Origin: Pristiophorus japonicus
Taxonomy: Eukaryota
Length of the DNA stretch: 64,000 bases
Assembly (NCBI RefSeq): GCF_044704955.1
Contig: NC_091990.1
Span: forward strand, 110,608,001 to 110,672,000
Direction: 5' to 3'
Part shown: in pieces, positions 59,990-64,000 of the stretch
Numbering within the stretch: position 1 is the first letter of the stretch
Layout of the letters: the number at the start of each line of letters is the position of its first letter
Program-made: the position numbers and the translations under genes
Notes under the pieces: generated by a model
Told to the model about the DNA's origin: nothing
The model's database searches: none
The model's input: the letters and a program-made list of their open reading frames with translations, nothing else

Positions 59990-61305
59990 GGCCCGAAAGT
60001 GTGTACGCGCCCGTGGGGGTCCCCGCAAATTCCGGGTTTGGGTAAGTGAAGGGCAAATGACTAAACCCAGCACTTGTGATCTGTCAAAAAATCTCTTGAC
60101 AGATCGCACGCATCCAAAACTAAAGGGCCTCTGCGGGCAGAGAGTTTCGCTATTTGCCCAACTCCTGCCCAGCAAATGTCCTTCAAATGCTTACGCTGGT
60201 AAAAGCAGGCATAAGAACTGTTTTTACCAGCGTAAGAGTTTTAAAAATTGAAAAATAAAATGTTATAACTTATTTATATGTTTAAAAACTCACTTAGGTA
60301 AGTTTATTTTTAGTCCTGTCAAAACATATCAAAATCATTTCAAAAGAATACATTTTTGTATAAAATATTTAATGAAATAACATTTTCATAAAATCACAGA
60401 ATCATAGAAATTTACAGCACAGAAGGCCATTTCGGCCCATCGTGTCCGCACCGGCCGACAAAGAGCTATCCAGCCTAATCCCATTTTCCAGCTCTTGGTC
60501 TGTAGCCTTGTAGGTGGTGAGGGTTTCTGCCTCTACCACCCTTTCAGGCATTGAGTTCCAGACCCCCACCACCCTCTGGGTGAAGACATTTCCCCTCAAA
60601 ATCTCCTAGCAATTACTTTAAATCTTTGCCCCCTGGTTGTTAACCCCTCTGCTATGGAAATAGGTCCTTCCTGTCCACTATCTAAGTCCCTCATAATTTT
60701 ATACACCTCAATAAAGGTTTGCCCTCAGCCTCCTCTGTTCCAAAGAAAACAACCCCAGCCTATCCAATCTTTCCTCATAGCTAAAATTCTCCAGCCCTGG
60801 CAACATCCTGGTAAATCTCCTCTGTACCCTTCGAATGCAATCACAACTTCCCTGTAATGTTGTGACTAGAACCGCACGCAATACTCTAGCTGTGGTTTAA
60901 CCAGTGTCTTATTCCATTCAAGCATAACCTCCCTGTTCTTGTATTCTACGCTTCAGCTAATAAAGACAAATTTTAATTAATTTTAAATATGTAATGTGTT
61001 TTTTAAAATTTATTTTCAGTGTTTGTGTGTTTTGGGGGGTATTCATATTCATAGTTACGGCAGCTCTGTACACATGGAATTACCTAAAGTATGAATGGGG
61101 ATCCCCCTACGGCGATAGGTTGGGCCGGCCCACGTGATCCCAGCGACGCAGGCAAAACTCGTACGCTCCTGGGATATGTGGCCCCTACGTAGGCCTTCGC
61201 GTAGAACCACAGGACTGCCAGTCTCCAAACCTCCGGGACCACCAGATACTTTTGTAGAAATGATTGCGGTCGGAGGCATTCCCCTGCGGGAAGCCATTCT
61301 GGGCC
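59990..61305. mobile_element. Possible non-autonomous DNA transposon interrupted by CR1
   Basis: GC-rich ends with weak inverted termini (GGCCCGAAAGTG / GGCCCAGAATGG) around an AT-rich core; TSD not exact. Confidence 0.3.
60388..60965 (-). mobile_element. CR1 LINE 3' fragment
   Basis: GNVFTQRVVGVWNSMPERVVEAETL; (attctatg)-type tail. Confidence 0.9.
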
Positions 61306-61409
61306 ATTGACTTGCGGTGAAATGTAAAGCCCCTCTCCCTGTCTAAAGTTTCCCCTCCCCTCCTCTTCTGCAGTGAGTGACTCCAGCTGCCGAGTATGGT
61401 TCCACATAA

Positions 61410-61826
61410 AAGGCCTGCATTGTTATTTCCCGATCTCAGGTCGTCTCAAAGCGATTTACAGTCAACGAAGTACTTTCGATGTGTAGTCACTGTTGTAATA
61501 TAAGAAACGCAGCAGCCAATTTGCGCACAGTAAGCTCCAACAAACAGCAATGCGATCTGTTTTAACTAAAGCTGGTTGAGGGATAAATATTGGCCAGGAA
61601 ACCAGGGAGAACTCCCCCGCTCTTCTTCAAAATTGTGCCGTGGGATCTTTAAAGTCCACCCGGAGCCTCGGTTTAACATCTCATCTGCAAGATGGCACCT
61701 CCAACACGGTAGCACTCCCTCAGCACTGCACTGGTATCAGCCTGGATTTATGTGCTCTGGAAAGGGACTTGAATCCACGACCTACTGGCTCAGAGGTGAG
61801 AATCACACCACTGAGCCACAGCTGCT
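61410..61826 (-). mobile_element. Deu-domain SINE, diverged
   Basis: Tail, Deu core and head (cactgagccacagctg). Confidence 0.87.
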
Positions 61827-62167
61827 ACTAAGACAAGTGTCGTCAGCTCTGGTTGGATCATATTCCAGGAGGCTTCATCACATGCCCTGCCACCTCCAAC
61901 TACCATGACCTCACGGCCCTGTGACTGGTCATCTAATGTGCCAGTCTTTCAATAATGGTGACTACAATACCCACAATTCTGCGCGCTTCAGAAATCGCTC
62001 TTTCCATCATGTGATTTTGCTGAGCGTGCGGGCACATTGCATTCTGGGTGGCTCAACAAATTTAATACAGCCCCAAGAATCGAACTCAAGTCCTTCCTGG
62101 AGTGTATAGATCAATCCCACGCCAAATGGTGCAGTTTCTCACTTAGCCACTGGAGTAGCCTTACATG

Positions 62168-62640
62168 TGTGTCAGCCGTGGCTATTAAGTGGGTAGCACC
62201 ATCGCCTGAGTCAGAAGGTTGTGGATTCAAGTGCCACTCCAGAGACTTGAGCACGTAATCCAGACTGACAATAGTGCAGTGCTGAGGGAGTGCTGCACTG
62301 TCGGAGGTGTCGTCTTTTGGATGAGATGTTAAACCGAGGCCCTGTCTGCCCTCTCAGGTGGACGTAAAAGATCCCATGGCACTATTTCAAAGAAGAGCAG
62401 GGGAGTTATCCCCGGTGTCCTGGGACCTATATTTATCCCTCAATCACCATCACTAAAAACAGATGATCTGGTCATTATCACATTGCTGTTTGTGGGAGCT
62501 TGCTGTGAGCGAATTGGCTGCTGCGTTTCCTACATTACAACAGTGACTACACTCCAAAAGTGCTTCATTGGCTGTAAAGTGTTTTGGGACATCCCGAGGT
62601 TGTGAAAGGCGCTATAAAAACGCAAGTCTTTCTTTCTTTC
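62168..62640 (+). mobile_element. Deu-domain SINE, full length
   Basis: All modules present. Confidence 0.94.
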
Positions 62641-63490
62641 CTTTTTGGTGGAATATTAAAAAAAAAAGACTAAACTCAATTTTCTTTTACCTCACTCACA
62701 AAAACTGTCAAGTAGCACGTTGCAAAAATCCTCAGCAGGGCAGGGGGTGGAAAGAGAGCTGGGGGAGAAAGGGCAATGAAACTGTAATTCTAAGTACCGC
62801 CCATTGAATTCTACAACGACACTGCCACGAACACAGCACAGAAGCACGGCGGCACAGACTGAAAGTAATTACTTTAATTATTCATGCTTCTTCAATTATT
62901 AAACACACTATGGAAATTGAACAGTATTGCGCAGTCTTTCCTATTGCCAGCTTAATGAGTAAACGTCACAGCTAAGAGAAAGACAGTCTAACCTACGCAA
63001 ACTCAGTCCGCTTTTAACAGCTTCTTTCACCTCTAAGCATTGCTTGACATTTGGACACAGCACTGGGCTAAAAATTCTGCGTAAAACAGACGGTAGTGAA
63101 TCCAACGCTCGTTTTACATGCTCCGCCCGATTTTCTTTTTACCACTGAAGTAAAAAAGAGATTCGCTTTTGCCCCGTTTTATGCTAATCACCCAAGACAA
63201 CAACAACAACTTGTAATTATGTAACTCCTTTAACATAGTGAAACGTCCACAGAGGTATTATGAGTCAAAACATTTGACGGATTTTCTAATCCCGCCACAA
63301 GGTGGAAGCGAAATCGACCTGGTCACCAAACCGGTTGCTCATTCTGTACCGCCGGGGTGGGGGGAAACGGAAACCGTGTGGGGGCATGAAGCAAGCAGGT
63401 GATGAGCTCTTTCCGCACGACTGGAGTTGAGCAGTTTCGCTACCACCGCACGCTCACACATTACAATCAGAGGAAGGCAGTATGAAAAGC

Positions 63491-63897
63491 TGGACTCAAC
63501 ATCAAGTTCAACAGTTTCAAACCATAACCTCGGCCCATATTTCCTTTCCTCTAACCACCCCCAATCTTATGTAATTTTTTTCTCGTTGCCCATGTAGCTG
63601 GTAATTTACACCCTATCTAAGACTCAGCTTTTTCTAACTTCTGCCATTACCATCTCAAGTTAACCCTTTTGTCTCTCTAATCTCTCTTGTCTTCCACCCT
63701 ATCACAGACCTTCCCTCCCCAGCCCCCTTTCAGTGCTCCTTAAGAATCTGTTCATTTTGAATATTCTGATGAAGGGTCATCGACCTGAAACGTTAACTCT
63801 GTTTTTCTCTCTCAACAGCTGCTGCCTGACCTGCTGAGATTTCCAGCATTTTCTGTTTTTATTTCAGGTTCCAGCAACCGCAGTGTTTTGCTTTTGT
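63491..63897 (+). mobile_element. Penelope-like element 3' fragment with 12-bp TSD
   Basis: AGTATGAAAAGC at 63479-63490 and 63898-63909. Starts with ORF end GLNIKFNSFKP* (PLE GIY-YIG-type GLN terminus) and contains a hammerhead core. Confidence 0.8.
63762..63800 (+). ncRNA. Minimal hammerhead ribozyme-like motif (stem I degenerate)
   Basis: CTGATGA (63766-63772), stem II AGGGTC-ATC-GACCT, GAAA (63787-63790), palindromic ACGT, GTT triplet. Confidence 0.6.
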
Positions 63898-64000
63898 AGT
63901 ATGAAAAGCAGAGTGTTTTGATTATAGTGTTTTTCACATCGAGCATCAGACTGACACGTAATCTAATTCAAACTGGGCAACGATTGACACTACAAGAAAA

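Overview
Vertebrate genomic DNA, most consistent with a shark/elasmobranch (inferred from the repeat repertoire; species not determinable). No host protein-coding gene could be recognised, and the window looks intronic or intergenic and repeat-saturated. Bases 1-9810 are a T-poor, CpG-dense satellite with ~30-34 bp units and a ~3 kb higher-order duplication; its long Arg/Ala/Glu/Gly ORFs are artefacts. A related array flanks a 165-N gap at 31319-31483. The rest is a mosaic of CR1 LINEs (two near-intact ORF2 segments at 48303-50965 and 54127-56207), L2 and RTE fragments, about 20 copies or fragments of a tRNA-derived Deu-domain SINE (SacSINE1-like), and a second tRNA-derived SINE. It also holds a TSD-flanked solo LTR, PIF/Harbinger-like and Tigger-like non-autonomous DNA transposons, and a TSD-flanked Penelope-like 3' fragment with a hammerhead ribozyme core. 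The most notable observations are the hammerhead motif, three SINE-like/LINE tail partnerships in one window, a SINE hairpin seeding a minisatellite that also appears inside an RTE, two templated insertions, and the satellite architecture. I found no convincing new protein system. Boundaries of decayed repeats were read by eye and are approximate.
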